64,000 nt of DNA from an uncultured delta proteobacterium (GCA_963842085.1 CAWJET010000001.1:2208001-2272000), one strand, 5' to 3'; counted from the first letter of the stretch, positions 20,327-29,649 are shown. Translations and numbers: made by a program. Notes: generated by a model from the letters alone, not told the origin.

Positions 20327-20898
20327 TGGCGGCCACCCGGGGCGAGCTTGTCCATAAAGCCGTCGATAAGCCGGCCCTGGTCGGTCGGCTGAAAGTTGCG
20401 GCCGATCAGATCGCGCGCGAGGGTCGCGGCGGATTCGGCCAACTGCGCGCGCACGCGCCGTCGCGCCGCTTCCGACAGTGCAGAACTGCTCAGTGCGGTA
20501 TCGCGATGGATTCGATCGGCGGTCGATTTCGCCAGCTCGGCGACCTTGGCGACCTGGAAAGCAGTTTCATGCTCGAGCTCGTCCGCCAGTTTCTTCAACT
20601 CCGCCGCGAGTGCAGCCATCCGCGCCGCCGCCTTATTGGCGAGCTCCTCAGCCTCGGCGAATGCTTTTTCCGCGCGGGACAGGCCGGTGCGAATCGTTGC
20701 GGCGCGATCGGCAAAAAATTTCCGCGCAACCGGACCCGCGAAATGGACCAGCAGCCAGATGAACAGGATGAAATTGATCGTAAAGAACGTCAGCAGCAGC
20801 CATGAGCCATGCTCGGCGCCGGCGCCTTCGGCGGCATGGGCGGCACGCGGAAAAAGAGCGGCAGCGAAAATCGCCGCCGATGTGATCCACTTCTTCAT
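20323..20898 (-). CDS. atpF: ATP synthase Fo subunit b
   Basis: TM segment with INFILF followed by a coiled coil; operon position. Confidence 0.85.
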   Translation of the reverse strand: MKKWITSAAIFAAALFPRAAHAAEGAGAEHGSWLLLTFFTINFILFIWLLVHFAGPVARKFFADRAATIRTGLSRAEKAFAEAEELANKAAARMAALAAELKKLADELEHETAFQVAKVAELAKSTADRIHRDTALSSSALSEAARRRVRAQLAESAATLARDLIGRNFQPTDQGRLIDGFMDKLAPGGRQ

Positions 20899-20919
20899 CT
20901 GAGGTCGAGTCAGCCGCGC

Positions 20920-21381
20920 CTAGTTGTTTTTGCCCGTCGCCGCGCCGCCGTTCAGCGGCCGGCCCAGCACGCGCTCGGCCAGCTCGGACGCAAGGCTGTG
21001 TCCCATCTGCTCGAGTTCGCGCTCAGCCGCCTTCAGTTCCGTTTCTATTTTCACCCGCGCATCCTCGAGCGCCTGCCGCGCCTCGGCCTTGGCCGCTTCC
21101 ATCATCCGAGCGGCTTCCGCTTCGGCCTTGCGGCGCTCCGTCTCGCGCCGCGCGATTGCGTCCCGCCGAACCGCGGCGAGCCGCGCCTCGCGTTCCTCGT
21201 CGACGGCGCGCGCCTGCTTGATCAATTCCTCGGTGCGATCATTCAACTCCTTGAATCTGCGCTCGCGCTCGGACAACAGGTTCAAGAAGGGGCGAAAAAA
21301 TAATCGGCTGAATATAAACCAGAAAACCAGGAACGAAACAATCAGCGCAAAGAACGTCCCCCAGTTCGGCGGGATATGCAT
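20920..21381 (-). CDS. ATP synthase Fo subunit b'
   Basis: N-terminal TM, FFRPFL..LSERE, coiled coil, VLGR end. Confidence 0.85.
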   Translation of the reverse strand: MHIPPNWGTFFALIVSFLVFWFIFSRLFFRPFLNLLSERERRFKELNDRTEELIKQARAVDEEREARLAAVRRDAIARRETERRKAEAEAARMMEAAKAEARQALEDARVKIETELKAAERELEQMGHSLASELAERVLGRPLNGGAATGKNN

Positions 21382-21469
21382 TTTACGGCGTCTCCCCTGC
21401 GGGGACTTTCGGGATTCTCTCCATTATAGGAAGCCGGGAACGCGGACTTTCTGGACCGGCCAAGCCAAC

Positions 21470-22018
21470 TCAGGCCTGCTTCTGCCCTCCGGCGGCCTGC
21501 GCCACGCGCTCCTCCTTGGGGAATACGGTAACTTTGCGGTCGTCGCGGATGCCCTCGGGCTGCATCGAGCAATGTCCCTCGAACAGCGCGCCTTCCTGGA
21601 CCGCAAGCACGGGCGCCGTGATGTTGCCGCTGACCTTCGCCGACGGGCGGATTTCGATTCGCTGGGTCGCGACGATATCGCCGCTGACCTTGCCGGCGAC
21701 CGATACCGAGGCGGCGCGGATGTGCGCGGTGATCACGGCGGACTCGCCAATCGTCAGGCTGTCCTTCGCGTTGATCTCGCCATCGACCTCGCCGTCGATT
21801 CGCGCGGGGCCCTCGAACGAGATCTTGCCGGAGATTTTCGAGCCGCGATCGAGGTAGGCGCGCCCCTCGGATGCAGCGGGCTCGTTGGCTCTCGGAGCCG
21901 TCGCGGGCATCGGGGAAGAAGCCGATGCGGCGGCTGCGGGCGAGGTGGACGAGGCATGCGGCGACGTCACGGGTTGCAGTTTCGGATTCTTTTCGGGCTC
22001 TTTCGTAAACAGCGCCAT
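21470..22018 (-). CDS. Bactofilin (polymer-forming cytoskeletal protein)
   Basis: Likely start MALFTKE; beta-helix repeats ISGKISFEGPARIDGEVDGEI...VSGNI.AP.LAVQEGALFEGHCSM. Confidence 0.9.
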   Translation of the reverse strand: MALFTKEPEKNPKLQPVTSPHASSTSPAAAASASSPMPATAPRANEPAASEGRAYLDRGSKISGKISFEGPARIDGEVDGEINAKDSLTIGESAVITAHIRAASVSVAGKVSGDIVATQRIEIRPSAKVSGNITAPVLAVQEGALFEGHCSMQPEGIRDDRKVTVFPKEERVAQAAGGQKQA

Positions 22019-22233
22019 CGCAAAAACTCCTGGGCGCAATCGGGCAATCCCCCGCGCCGCATTCCAAGGTTCGAGCTTAGGCTTGGCTATTAACCGATGC
22101 AAACTTAGGTGTCAAATTTATCCGGCATCTCGGGGCGCGATCGGTTCTGCCGAGATCTCATCGCGACGGTTGCCTCAAGCGAGCGATCGTCTAATCTGAA
22201 ACGATACCGACACTAATCTAAGGAGCATCTCCG

Positions 22234-22638
22234 ATGGCATCGAACACGATCCCCGAGAAATTTCTCGACCTCCTGACTACCAAGAAGCCGCTCGCCAACA
22301 TCGCCACCATAATGCCCGACGGATCGCCGCAAGTGACCCCGGTCTGGTTCGACTACACCGACGGGAAAATCCGCATCAACACGGCGCGCGGACGGGTGAA
22401 GGCGAACAACATGAAGATCGGCTCGAAGGTTGCGCTGGCGATCGTCGATCCTGACAACGCTTACCGCTACATCGGAATCCGCGGACCCGTCATCAGCGAG
22501 AGCGAGACCGGCGCCGATGCGCATATCGACAGCCTCGCCAAGAAGTACCTGAACCAGGACAAGTATCCGTTCCGCACGCCGGGCGAGAAGCGCGTGACGT
22601 ACGTGATCGAGCCCGCATCCGTGCACGTTATGGGCTGA
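22234..22638 (+). CDS. PPOX-class F420-dependent oxidoreductase
   Basis: ATIMPDGSPQVTPVWF, NTARGRVKANN, DPDNAYRYI, HIDSLAKKY. Confidence 0.88.
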   Translation: MASNTIPEKFLDLLTTKKPLANIATIMPDGSPQVTPVWFDYTDGKIRINTARGRVKANNMKIGSKVALAIVDPDNAYRYIGIRGPVISESETGADAHIDSLAKKYLNQDKYPFRTPGEKRVTYVIEPASVHVMG

Positions 22639-22659
22639 CAGACCGCCCTCGGCGGCGTC

Positions 22660-24480
22660 TCATATGCTCGCCTGAGTGTTGTAGAGTCGCGCATACGCAC
22701 CGCCCGACGAGACCAGCTCGGAATGCGTGCCTTCTTCAGCGATCCCATCCTCGGTAAGCACCACGATTCTGCCCGCGTGCCGCACGGTCGACAGCCGATG
22801 CGCGATCACCAGCGTCGTGCGGTTGCTCGCGAGCCGGTGCAGAGACTCCTGCACCGCCCGTTCGCTTTCATTGTCGAGCGCGCTGGTCGCTTCATCGAAT
22901 ATCAGGATGGGCGGATTTTTCAGAAAGACGCGGGCGATGCTCAGCCGCTGCTTCTGTCCGCCGGACAGCTTGACGCCGCGTTCGCCGATCTCCGTGTCGT
23001 AGCCGCTCGGCAGCGCCATGATGAAATCGTGCGCATGGGCCAGTTTCGCCGACGCGATTATTTCGTCGATGCCGGCACCACGCTTGCCGTAGCGGAGATT
23101 CTCAGCGACCGTGCCCGCGAACAGATAAACGTCCTGCTGCACGATGCCAACATTTTGACGCAACGACTGCGGCCGGATGTCCCTGACATTCCTGCCATCT
23201 ATCAGGACGTCGCCCGCGGTCGCGTCGTAGAAACGCGGGATTAGCGAACAGAGCGTAGTCTTGCCCACGCCGGAAGCTCCTACCAGTGCGACGAACTCGC
23301 CCGCGCTTATCTCCAGCGATACGTGCTTCAGCACGAAAGGCGAGTCGTCGCCGTATCGGAAGCTCACGTCGCGAAACGCGATGTCTCCCCGCACATGGGC
23401 CAGCTCCGCCGCGCCGGCCTGGTCCGGCAATTCCGGCTCCATCTGCAGCATCTCGAAGAACCGATCGAAACCGGTGCTCCCTTCCTGGTATAGCCGTGCG
23501 AAATTCACCAGCCGGCGGATCGGATCGACGAGCACGGCGACGCACATCAAAAAGGTAAGCAGGTCAGCTAGATCGAGCGCCGACCGCGCGATGCCCGCCG
23601 CGCCGAACACGATCACGGCAATCGTGATGAGCTGTGTGAATGCGGCCATCCCGCCGGAGAACCATGCCTCGCTGCGATAGCCTTCGCTCCGGCTCGCGAG
23701 AAAGCGATCGTTCTCATGGTTGAAGCGCGCGCTCTCGAACGCCTCGTTGGTGAAGGACTTAACCACCCGTATCCCCGCTAACGAATCCTCGACGCGCGCG
23801 TTGATATCTCCGATGCGGTCTTTGCTCAACCTGAGCGCGGCAATCATGCGCCGGCTGAAATGCAGCGCGAAGACGAGCATCGCGGGGATGAAGCACAGCA
23901 CGATCAGCGTGAGGCTTGGGTCGATATGCGCAAGGATGACCATCACTCCGATGAGCTCCAGCGTCGAGATCGCGAGATCTTCCGGCCCGTGATGGTAGAG
24001 CTCAGCGAGCGAAAAGAGATCGTTGGTGATCCGCGCCATGAGCTGGCCGGTGCGCTGCCGGTCGTAAAAGCTGAACGAGAGTTTCTGGTAATACTCGAAC
24101 AGCTCCCGCCGCATGTCGCGCTCCATCTTCGCGCCCATCAAGTGTCCCTGGTAATCGACGAACAACGTGCACAGGGTCTGCACGGCGACCAGCGCGAGCA
24201 TCGCGCCGCCCAACGAATAAATCCTGTGGAGCGCGCGGGGCGCGCCCTCGGTCGCGAGCAGGTTCTTGGCGACGAAATTCGCGCAGACCGGCAGCAGCAG
24301 CGCCGCCGCCGATATGACGATCGCGCAAAGAAGGTCGGCGAGGAGCAACCTTCGATACGGTTTATAGTATGAGAGGAATTTTGTTACTCGAGGGCTCGCG
24401 AATCGAGTCGCGGCCCACTCGAGCAACCTTCTTTTACCGGCGCTTGCGCGCCCTTGACAAACGGAATGTAGCGTTCGCAT
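22660..24480 (-). CDS. ABC exporter, fused permease + ATPase (YwjA/MsbA-like)
   Basis: TM domain with ELYHHGPED; GASGVGKT, LSGGQKQR, ILIFDEATSALD, IAHRLST. Confidence 0.93.
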   Translation of the reverse strand: MRTLHSVCQGRASAGKRRLLEWAATRFASPRVTKFLSYYKPYRRLLLADLLCAIVISAAALLLPVCANFVAKNLLATEGAPRALHRIYSLGGAMLALVAVQTLCTLFVDYQGHLMGAKMERDMRRELFEYYQKLSFSFYDRQRTGQLMARITNDLFSLAELYHHGPEDLAISTLELIGVMVILAHIDPSLTLIVLCFIPAMLVFALHFSRRMIAALRLSKDRIGDINARVEDSLAGIRVVKSFTNEAFESARFNHENDRFLASRSEGYRSEAWFSGGMAAFTQLITIAVIVFGAAGIARSALDLADLLTFLMCVAVLVDPIRRLVNFARLYQEGSTGFDRFFEMLQMEPELPDQAGAAELAHVRGDIAFRDVSFRYGDDSPFVLKHVSLEISAGEFVALVGASGVGKTTLCSLIPRFYDATAGDVLIDGRNVRDIRPQSLRQNVGIVQQDVYLFAGTVAENLRYGKRGAGIDEIIASAKLAHAHDFIMALPSGYDTEIGERGVKLSGGQKQRLSIARVFLKNPPILIFDEATSALDNESERAVQESLHRLASNRTTLVIAHRLSTVRHAGRIVVLTEDGIAEEGTHSELVSSGGAYARLYNTQASI

Positions 24481-24541
24481 AAAACTCCATGTCCTTCTGA
24501 TGGGTGAATACCGCTCTCCGGATGGACATGGACGTTGTCAT
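24434..24541 (-). CDS. Putative leader peptide (35 aa) MTTSMSIRRAVFTHQKDMEFYANATFRLSRARKRR
   Basis: GGAGA ribosome-binding site upstream of ATG at 24541; overlaps the ABC start out of frame; contains a 9-bp stem that covers the ABC gene's Shine-Dalgarno. Confidence 0.55.
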   Translation of the reverse strand: MTTSMSIRRAVFTHQKDMEFYANATFRLSRARKRR

Positions 24542-24633
24542 TTCGCTTCTCCCGTGGTTGGGTTGCTCAGTCGGCAGGAACAATAACACACCAATAGCCG
24601 CGCAGCACGAGGTTCCTTTGTAAGCTGACCGAA

Positions 24634-24662
24634 TTGACTGGAGGTATATCGTACGATATAAC
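24634..24662 (+). promoter_or_regulatory. padR promoter with a perfect 16-bp palindromic operator
   Basis: TTGACT (24634-24639)-N17-TATAAC (24657-24662); TATATCGTACGATATA (24645-24660) is a perfect palindrome. Confidence 0.72.
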
Positions 24663-24698
24663 TTCCAGCATGTATTACGCTGTTACGGAGGACCACTC

Positions 24699-25244
24699 AT
24701 GATGGTTTGCGGAACTCGACGCTTTCAAAGACGCGGCCATTGGGGCGAATTCGGCATGATGGGCATGCGAGCGCGATTCTTCGGCCCGGGCGAAGTTCGG
24801 CTCGCGCTCCTGTCGTTAATCGCAGACGGACCCAAACACGGCTACGAGCTGATGCGCCAACTCGAGGAACGCTCGGGCGGAATCTACAGCGCCAGCGCCG
24901 GTACGGTTTATCCCACGCTGCAGCAACTCGAAGACGAGGGCCTGATTTCCTCGGACTCGAAGGAAGGCAAACGCGTTTACGCCATCACCGACGCGGGCGC
25001 CGCCGAACTCAAGCGCGAGGACGAGACCGTGCGCCGCATCTGGTGGCGGGCGCGGCGATGGGCCGGATGGCGTCACGCGAACGATCCGGACGCGGCCGAG
25101 ATTCGCGGTCCGGCTGAGCGCCTGGTCAAGGCAGCATTCCGCGCCGTGGCGGGCGAGACGGCGTCGCAGGAGCGAATCGACAAGGTGCGCGAAATTCTCG
25201 AGCGTGCGATGCGCGACCTCGACGGCATGCGCGACAAGCCGTAG
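24699..25244 (+). CDS. PadR family transcriptional regulator
   Basis: GEVRLALLSL..GPKHGYELM...SAGTVYPTLQQLEDEGLI...KRVYAITDAG. Confidence 0.93.
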   Translation: MMVCGTRRFQRRGHWGEFGMMGMRARFFGPGEVRLALLSLIADGPKHGYELMRQLEERSGGIYSASAGTVYPTLQQLEDEGLISSDSKEGKRVYAITDAGAAELKREDETVRRIWWRARRWAGWRHANDPDAAEIRGPAERLVKAAFRAVAGETASQERIDKVREILERAMRDLDGMRDKP

Positions 25245-25260
25245 CGCGAACTTCAAATGA

Positions 25261-25358
25261 TTGTCATTCAGAGCGAAGCGAAGAATCCCGGAAGCAGTGC
25301 GCAGATGAGCACCAAAACCGGGACTCTTCGCTGCGGCAGCCTTCGCTCTGAGTGACAA
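25261..25358. repeat. Inverted REP-like pair
   Basis: Left arm TTGTCATTCAGAGCGAAGCGAAGAATCCCGG, right arm CCGGGACTCTTCGC...CTTCGCTCTGAGTGACAA; between convergent genes. Confidence 0.7.
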
Positions 25359-25365
25359 TAGGTGA

Positions 25366-25563
25366 TCATCGCGCCACGGGCGGCGGCGTCTCGATCGTCT
25401 CGCCGCAGGTTGGGCCGCAATCGGGGCATACGTAGAGATATTTGTCGCCCTGCGGCAGGACGAGCAGCAGGTGCTTGCGCACCTTCACCGCGCGCTTGCA
25501 CTGCGGACACGCCAGCAGTGTGGCTTCCATCCGCTCGAACGATGGCCTGCGATTCTCTCGCAT
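25366..25563 (-). CDS. Small zinc-ribbon protein (CxxC...CxxC)
   Basis: CPQC...RKHLLLVLPQGDKYLYVCPDCG. Confidence 0.7.
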   Translation of the reverse strand: MRENRRPSFERMEATLLACPQCKRAVKVRKHLLLVLPQGDKYLYVCPDCGPTCGETIETPPPVAR

Positions 25564-25659
25564 GAGGGTCGTAGCAGAAACTTAAGTCTGGCGAGCATTT
25601 CCGGCAAGGCTTCACGTTGTGTCGATGTTGCGAGGTAGCCTAAGATTTCTTTTCGTCCG

Positions 25660-26985
25660 ATGAATGAGCGCGCTGCAATTCCGGCGCATCCGCGGGTTTA
25701 TCTCGAGACTTACGGATGCCAGATGAACGTCGCCGATTCGCAGACGGTCAGCGCCGTCTTGCGCCGCGCCGGTTACGTCAGCGCCGATCGTGTCGAGGAT
25801 GCCGACGTCGTCCTGCTCAACACTTGCGCCATTCGCGAGCATGCCGAAGAGAAGGTGCTGCACCGGCTCCGCGAGCTTGCGCGGCTCAAGCAATCGCGGC
25901 CGGAGGTGAAGCTCGGGCTGCTCGGATGCATGGCGCAACACAACCGCGTCGCGATCATGGAGAAGGCCGCGTTCCTCGACGTGGTCGCGGGGCCGGACAG
26001 TTACCGCCGCCTGCCCGAGATGATTGGCCGCGCCGGCTACGACGCCGCAATCGACGTGCGCCTCGATCGCGCCGAGACTTACGCCGACATCACTCCCGAC
26101 TATGGCGGCGGCGTGCGCGCCTACGTCACCGCGATGCGGGGATGCGACAAGTTCTGCGCGTTCTGCGTGGTGCCGTACGTGCGCGGCCGCGAGCGCTCGA
26201 TTCCTCCCGCCGACCTGATGCGCGAAATCGGCGAACTCGCCGCGCGCGGCGTGAAAGAGGTCGTGCTGCTCGGACAGACCGTCAACGCCTATCGCTCCGG
26301 CGACATCGGCTTCGGCGCGCTGCTCAGGATGATCGCGTCAATCGATGGGATCGAGCGGATTCGCTTCACGTCGCCGCATCCGAGCGACATGAGCGAGTCG
26401 GTAATCGAGGCGATGGCGACCGAGCCGAAAGTCCAGCCCTATCTGCATCTGCCGATCCAGTCGGGCGCGGACAGGATTCTGGCCGCGATGGAGCGCGGCT
26501 ACACGGTTGCGGAGTATCTCGACCTGGTCGCGCGCGTGCGCGCGGCAATTCCCGCGATTGCGCTCTCGACGGACATCATCGTCGGCTTTCACGGCGAGGA
26601 GGAGTCGGACTTCGAGGCGACAAGGGCGATCATGCGTGCAGTCGGCTACGACTCCGCCTTCATGTTCAAGTATTCGGTGCGCGAGCATACGCGCGCCTTC
26701 GGGCTGGGCGATTCCGTCGGCGAGGAAGAAAAGGGCCGCCGGCTTACGGCGCTGATCGCACTTCAGGAAGAGATGTCGCTGGCGCGCAATCGGGCGACGA
26801 TCGGCCACGAGTTCCCGGTGCTGGTCGAAGGACCGGCGCGCCGCGGCGGCGGCATGATGGCGGGCAAGACGCCGCAGTTCAAGACCGCAATTTTTGCCGG
26901 CGTAGAGGGAGTCCGCGCCGGCGATACCGTCAACCTGCGCGTCGATTCCGCTACCGGCCACTCGCTGATGTGTTCGATAGCGTGA
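25660..26985 (+). CDS. miaB: tRNA methylthiotransferase MiaB
   Basis: ETYGCQMN, NTCAIRE, LGCMAQ, radical SAM CDKFCAFC, RFTSPHP, C-terminal TRAM-like domain. Confidence 0.93.
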   Translation: MNERAAIPAHPRVYLETYGCQMNVADSQTVSAVLRRAGYVSADRVEDADVVLLNTCAIREHAEEKVLHRLRELARLKQSRPEVKLGLLGCMAQHNRVAIMEKAAFLDVVAGPDSYRRLPEMIGRAGYDAAIDVRLDRAETYADITPDYGGGVRAYVTAMRGCDKFCAFCVVPYVRGRERSIPPADLMREIGELAARGVKEVVLLGQTVNAYRSGDIGFGALLRMIASIDGIERIRFTSPHPSDMSESVIEAMATEPKVQPYLHLPIQSGADRILAAMERGYTVAEYLDLVARVRAAIPAIALSTDIIVGFHGEEESDFEATRAIMRAVGYDSAFMFKYSVREHTRAFGLGDSVGEEEKGRRLTALIALQEEMSLARNRATIGHEFPVLVEGPARRGGGMMAGKTPQFKTAIFAGVEGVRAGDTVNLRVDSATGHSLMCSIA

Positions 26986-27029
26986 CGGTCAAACGTTAAA
27001 TAGAAATTAACCTCGGAGGCAGACTCGTC

Positions 27030-27458
27030 ATGATCAAAGCCCGCGGTGTGAACCATGTTGCGCTCAGAATCAGCGATGTCGCGCGAGCATCCGAGTTTTA
27101 CGGCAAGTTGCTCGGTCTCGAGGTCGTGCCGTTTCCCAGGATGGACCGCGAGCAGGCCGCCAAATTCCGCGACGAGGTAGTATCAAGCAAGGGAGTACCC
27201 GGGCCTACCGGTGGGATTTGGTTCGCGGCGGGCCACACGCAGCTTCATCTGATTGCGAGTCCCGGACATACGGAACGCACCGGAAGCCCATTCGGACCGC
27301 ATTTCGCACTCGAGGTCGAAGATTTCGACGAGACGAAGCGAACGCTTCAGGAAGCCGGCGTCGAGTTCCTGGAGGCGCCGCCGCGGCAGGGTGCGGGGCG
27401 GCAAATCTGGATATCGGATCCTGACGGCAACACGGTGGAACTGAGAGCGGAAAAGTAA
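27030..27458 (+). CDS. VOC/glyoxalase family protein
   Basis: NHVALRISD...FYGKLLG, QLHLI, HFALEV, DPDGNTVEL. Confidence 0.88.
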   Translation: MIKARGVNHVALRISDVARASEFYGKLLGLEVVPFPRMDREQAAKFRDEVVSSKGVPGPTGGIWFAAGHTQLHLIASPGHTERTGSPFGPHFALEVEDFDETKRTLQEAGVEFLEAPPRQGAGRQIWISDPDGNTVELRAEK

Positions 27459-27624
27459 GGGCGCACCAGATTCCCGGCCCGACCGTAGCGAGCAACGCGA
27501 GCGGATGGAAGGAATCTCGGACAGCTTCGCGAAGTCCCGCATCCTTAGGTGCTGGGTGCAGGCGTGACCTCGGGGTCACCCTTGCCCACGGAAGCGTGAA
27601 ACCCAGGGCGGGTTTCAGATTCGA

Positions 27625-28071
27625 TTAAGTCTCCGGCGCGTCTGTGACCGGCGCGAGGCGTTTTACATAGATGAGTTCCGGGTCGCCCTCGTCGAGATTC
27701 TCGATGTAGCCGCTTTTAACGAAGCCTAGTCGATCGCACAGCCGCTGCATCGGCAGATTCGACTGGTTGGTCGAGGTGAAGAGCTTGCCGGTCTGACAAT
27801 CGAGCTCGGCCGCGCGCATCAGGGCGGTCGCGAGCCCGCGGCGGCGGAAGTCGGGATGCACGAGCAGCAGGCGCACGAAAAACTGATCGAAGAAACTCTC
27901 GTCGAAGATGACGAAGCCGCGGACGACGTCGTCGACGCGCGCCACTGCGATGCGGCCGTTGGCACAGGCCTCGCCTATAAGTCTGCGCCGCGACGCGCCG
28001 GCGTGGACAGTTTTGTCCAGCGCACAAATATGCTCAAAATCCCCACTGAAAGCCCGCTCGATTATCGTCAT
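27625..28071 (-). CDS. GNAT acetyltransferase
   Basis: Start MTIIERA; VHPDFRRRGLA motif A, TSTNQSNLPMQ, GF..SGYIENLDEGDPEL. The ORF track over-extends the 5' end. Confidence 0.88.
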   Translation of the reverse strand: MTIIERAFSGDFEHICALDKTVHAGASRRRLIGEACANGRIAVARVDDVVRGFVIFDESFFDQFFVRLLLVHPDFRRRGLATALMRAAELDCQTGKLFTSTNQSNLPMQRLCDRLGFVKSGYIENLDEGDPELIYVKRLAPVTDAPET

Positions 28072-28096
28072 AAAACTCGCCAGAGGCACGAAATCC

Positions 28097-28897
28097 GTGA
28101 AGGATGAAACTTCAGTCGACCCGTTGATAGTCAGCCGCGAGGCGCCGATTGGATGGCTGGTGCTCAACCGGCCGCAAGTTCGCAACGCGCTCAATCTTAG
28201 GACCTGGCAGCGGATTGCGGAAGGCGTCGCGGACCTGGCAAGCGACGACGCGGTTCGCGTGATCGTCATGCGCGGCGGCACGCCGCAGGCGTTTATCGCG
28301 GGCGCGGATATCTCGGAGTTCCCTGCGATGCGCGCCGACGCCGCGCAGGCGCGTGCGTATCGCGACGCGCCCAACCGAGCAATCGCGGCGATGGTCGAAT
28401 GCAGCAAGCCGGTCGTCGCGATGATAGCCGGCGTATGCATCGGCGGCGGCGTGCAGGTCGCGCTCGCCTGCGACATCCGGATAGCGGCGCGGGGCACGCG
28501 CTTCGGGGTTCCTGCCGCGCGGCTGGGACTGGCGTATCCGCTGGAAGGCGTCAACATGCTGGCGCATACAGTCGGTCCGGCCAACGCGCGCGATATCCTG
28601 CTGTCGGCGCGGCTGTTCGATGCGGAAGAGGCGCTGGAGATGGGGCTCGTCAACCGCATCGTCGATCCGGAAAAGCTCGAGGAGAACGTGCGCGACTACG
28701 TGCTCAAGATGGCGAGCAATGCACCGATGACAATGGCGGCCGCCAAGCTCGCGATTCGCGAGAGCCTGAAGGATCGCGAGGAGCGCGACGCCAAGGCGGT
28801 ATCCGCGATGGTCGCGCGTTGCTTCGACAGCGAGGACTATCGCGAGGGCGTGCGCGCGTTTCTGGAAAAACGCCGACCGGAGTTCAAGGGCCGCTGA
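28097..28897 (+). CDS. Enoyl-CoA hydratase/isomerase family protein
   Basis: LNRPQVRNAL, FIAGADISEF, CIGGG...CDIRIA, EDYREGVRAFLEKR; GTG start at 28097. Confidence 0.9.
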   Translation: MKDETSVDPLIVSREAPIGWLVLNRPQVRNALNLRTWQRIAEGVADLASDDAVRVIVMRGGTPQAFIAGADISEFPAMRADAAQARAYRDAPNRAIAAMVECSKPVVAMIAGVCIGGGVQVALACDIRIAARGTRFGVPAARLGLAYPLEGVNMLAHTVGPANARDILLSARLFDAEEALEMGLVNRIVDPEKLEENVRDYVLKMASNAPMTMAAAKLAIRESLKDREERDAKAVSAMVARCFDSEDYREGVRAFLEKRRPEFKGR

Positions 28898-28945
28898 GGC
28901 AAGATCAGCGAATTTCCAAATGAAAAAGTCTTCTCCGAGCGAGAA

Positions 28946-28982
28946 ACAGTCGTGCTTGCTTGTAACAATCATGCCTGTATGT
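28946..28982 (+). promoter_or_regulatory. Tandem putative TetR operators
   Basis: Two similar 18-mers, ACAGTCGTGCTTGCTTGT (28946-28963) and ACAATCATGCCTGTATGT (28965-28982), both ACA-N12-TGT, just upstream of tetR. Confidence 0.5.
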
Positions 28983-28998
28983 TTACCTGATAAAAATA

Positions 28999-29649
28999 AT
29001 GTCGTCTCTACGAGAAGAGCGGAGCGCCGAGACTCGGCGGCGGTTGCTTGATGCTACCGTGGCCTGCCTTTTCGAGCGTGGATACGCGGGCACGACAACG
29101 ACCGAGATAGCTATCCGCGCGGGAGTGTCGCGCGGCGCGCAGTTGCACCATTTTCCGAAGAAAGACGAGCTGGTGGTGAGCGCGCTCGAGCATGTGTTCG
29201 AGCTGCGGCTGAACGAGATGAGCGCCGCGATCGCGGAGCCGCCGCCGGGCAGCCGGGAGCATCGGCTGGCCGTTCTGATCGACGCGATGTGGCCGATGTT
29301 CAAAGGGCCGACATTCTATGCGTGGCTGGAACTGGTGGTCGCCAGCCGCACCGATCCTGCGTTGAACGACGCGGTGCGCGCGGCCAGCATGCGATTCGGC
29401 GAGGGATTTCGCGCCGGCCTCGGTGCACTGCTCGATTGGCCCGCCGATCGCGAAGACCAGCTTCACGACCTGGTCGGCATCGTCGCCGGACAACTCGAGG
29501 CGCTGGCACTCGAGCGGGTGTTGTTTGCGCCCGGCGAGATCGATCCGCCGGAGTTCGTGCGCGGCCTGGAGACGGTCAAACGGGTCGGGGCCGCGATAGT
29601 GCGCGAGCTGGATTCATCGGAACCAATCGAGAAACGAGAGGTGATCTGA
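28999..29649 (+). CDS. TetR/AcrR family regulator
   Basis: RRLLDATVACLFERGYAGTTTTEIAIRAGVSRGAQLHHFPKK. Confidence 0.92.
   Translation: MSSLREERSAETRRRLLDATVACLFERGYAGTTTTEIAIRAGVSRGAQLHHFPKKDELVVSALEHVFELRLNEMSAAIAEPPPGSREHRLAVLIDAMWPMFKGPTFYAWLELVVASRTDPALNDAVRAASMRFGEGFRAGLGALLDWPADREDQLHDLVGIVAGQLEALALERVLFAPGEIDPPEFVRGLETVKRVGAAIVRELDSSEPIEKREVI

Noticed and set aside
27459-27624. Possible SRP RNA, tRNA or 6S RNA
   Set aside because: No SRP domain IV motif, cloverleaf or T-loop recognised.
27625-28897. Apparent long overlap of ORFs 27625-28659 (-) and 27908-28897 (+)
   Set aside because: Both are over-extended; plausible starts at 28071 (-) and 28097 (+) give two non-overlapping divergent genes.
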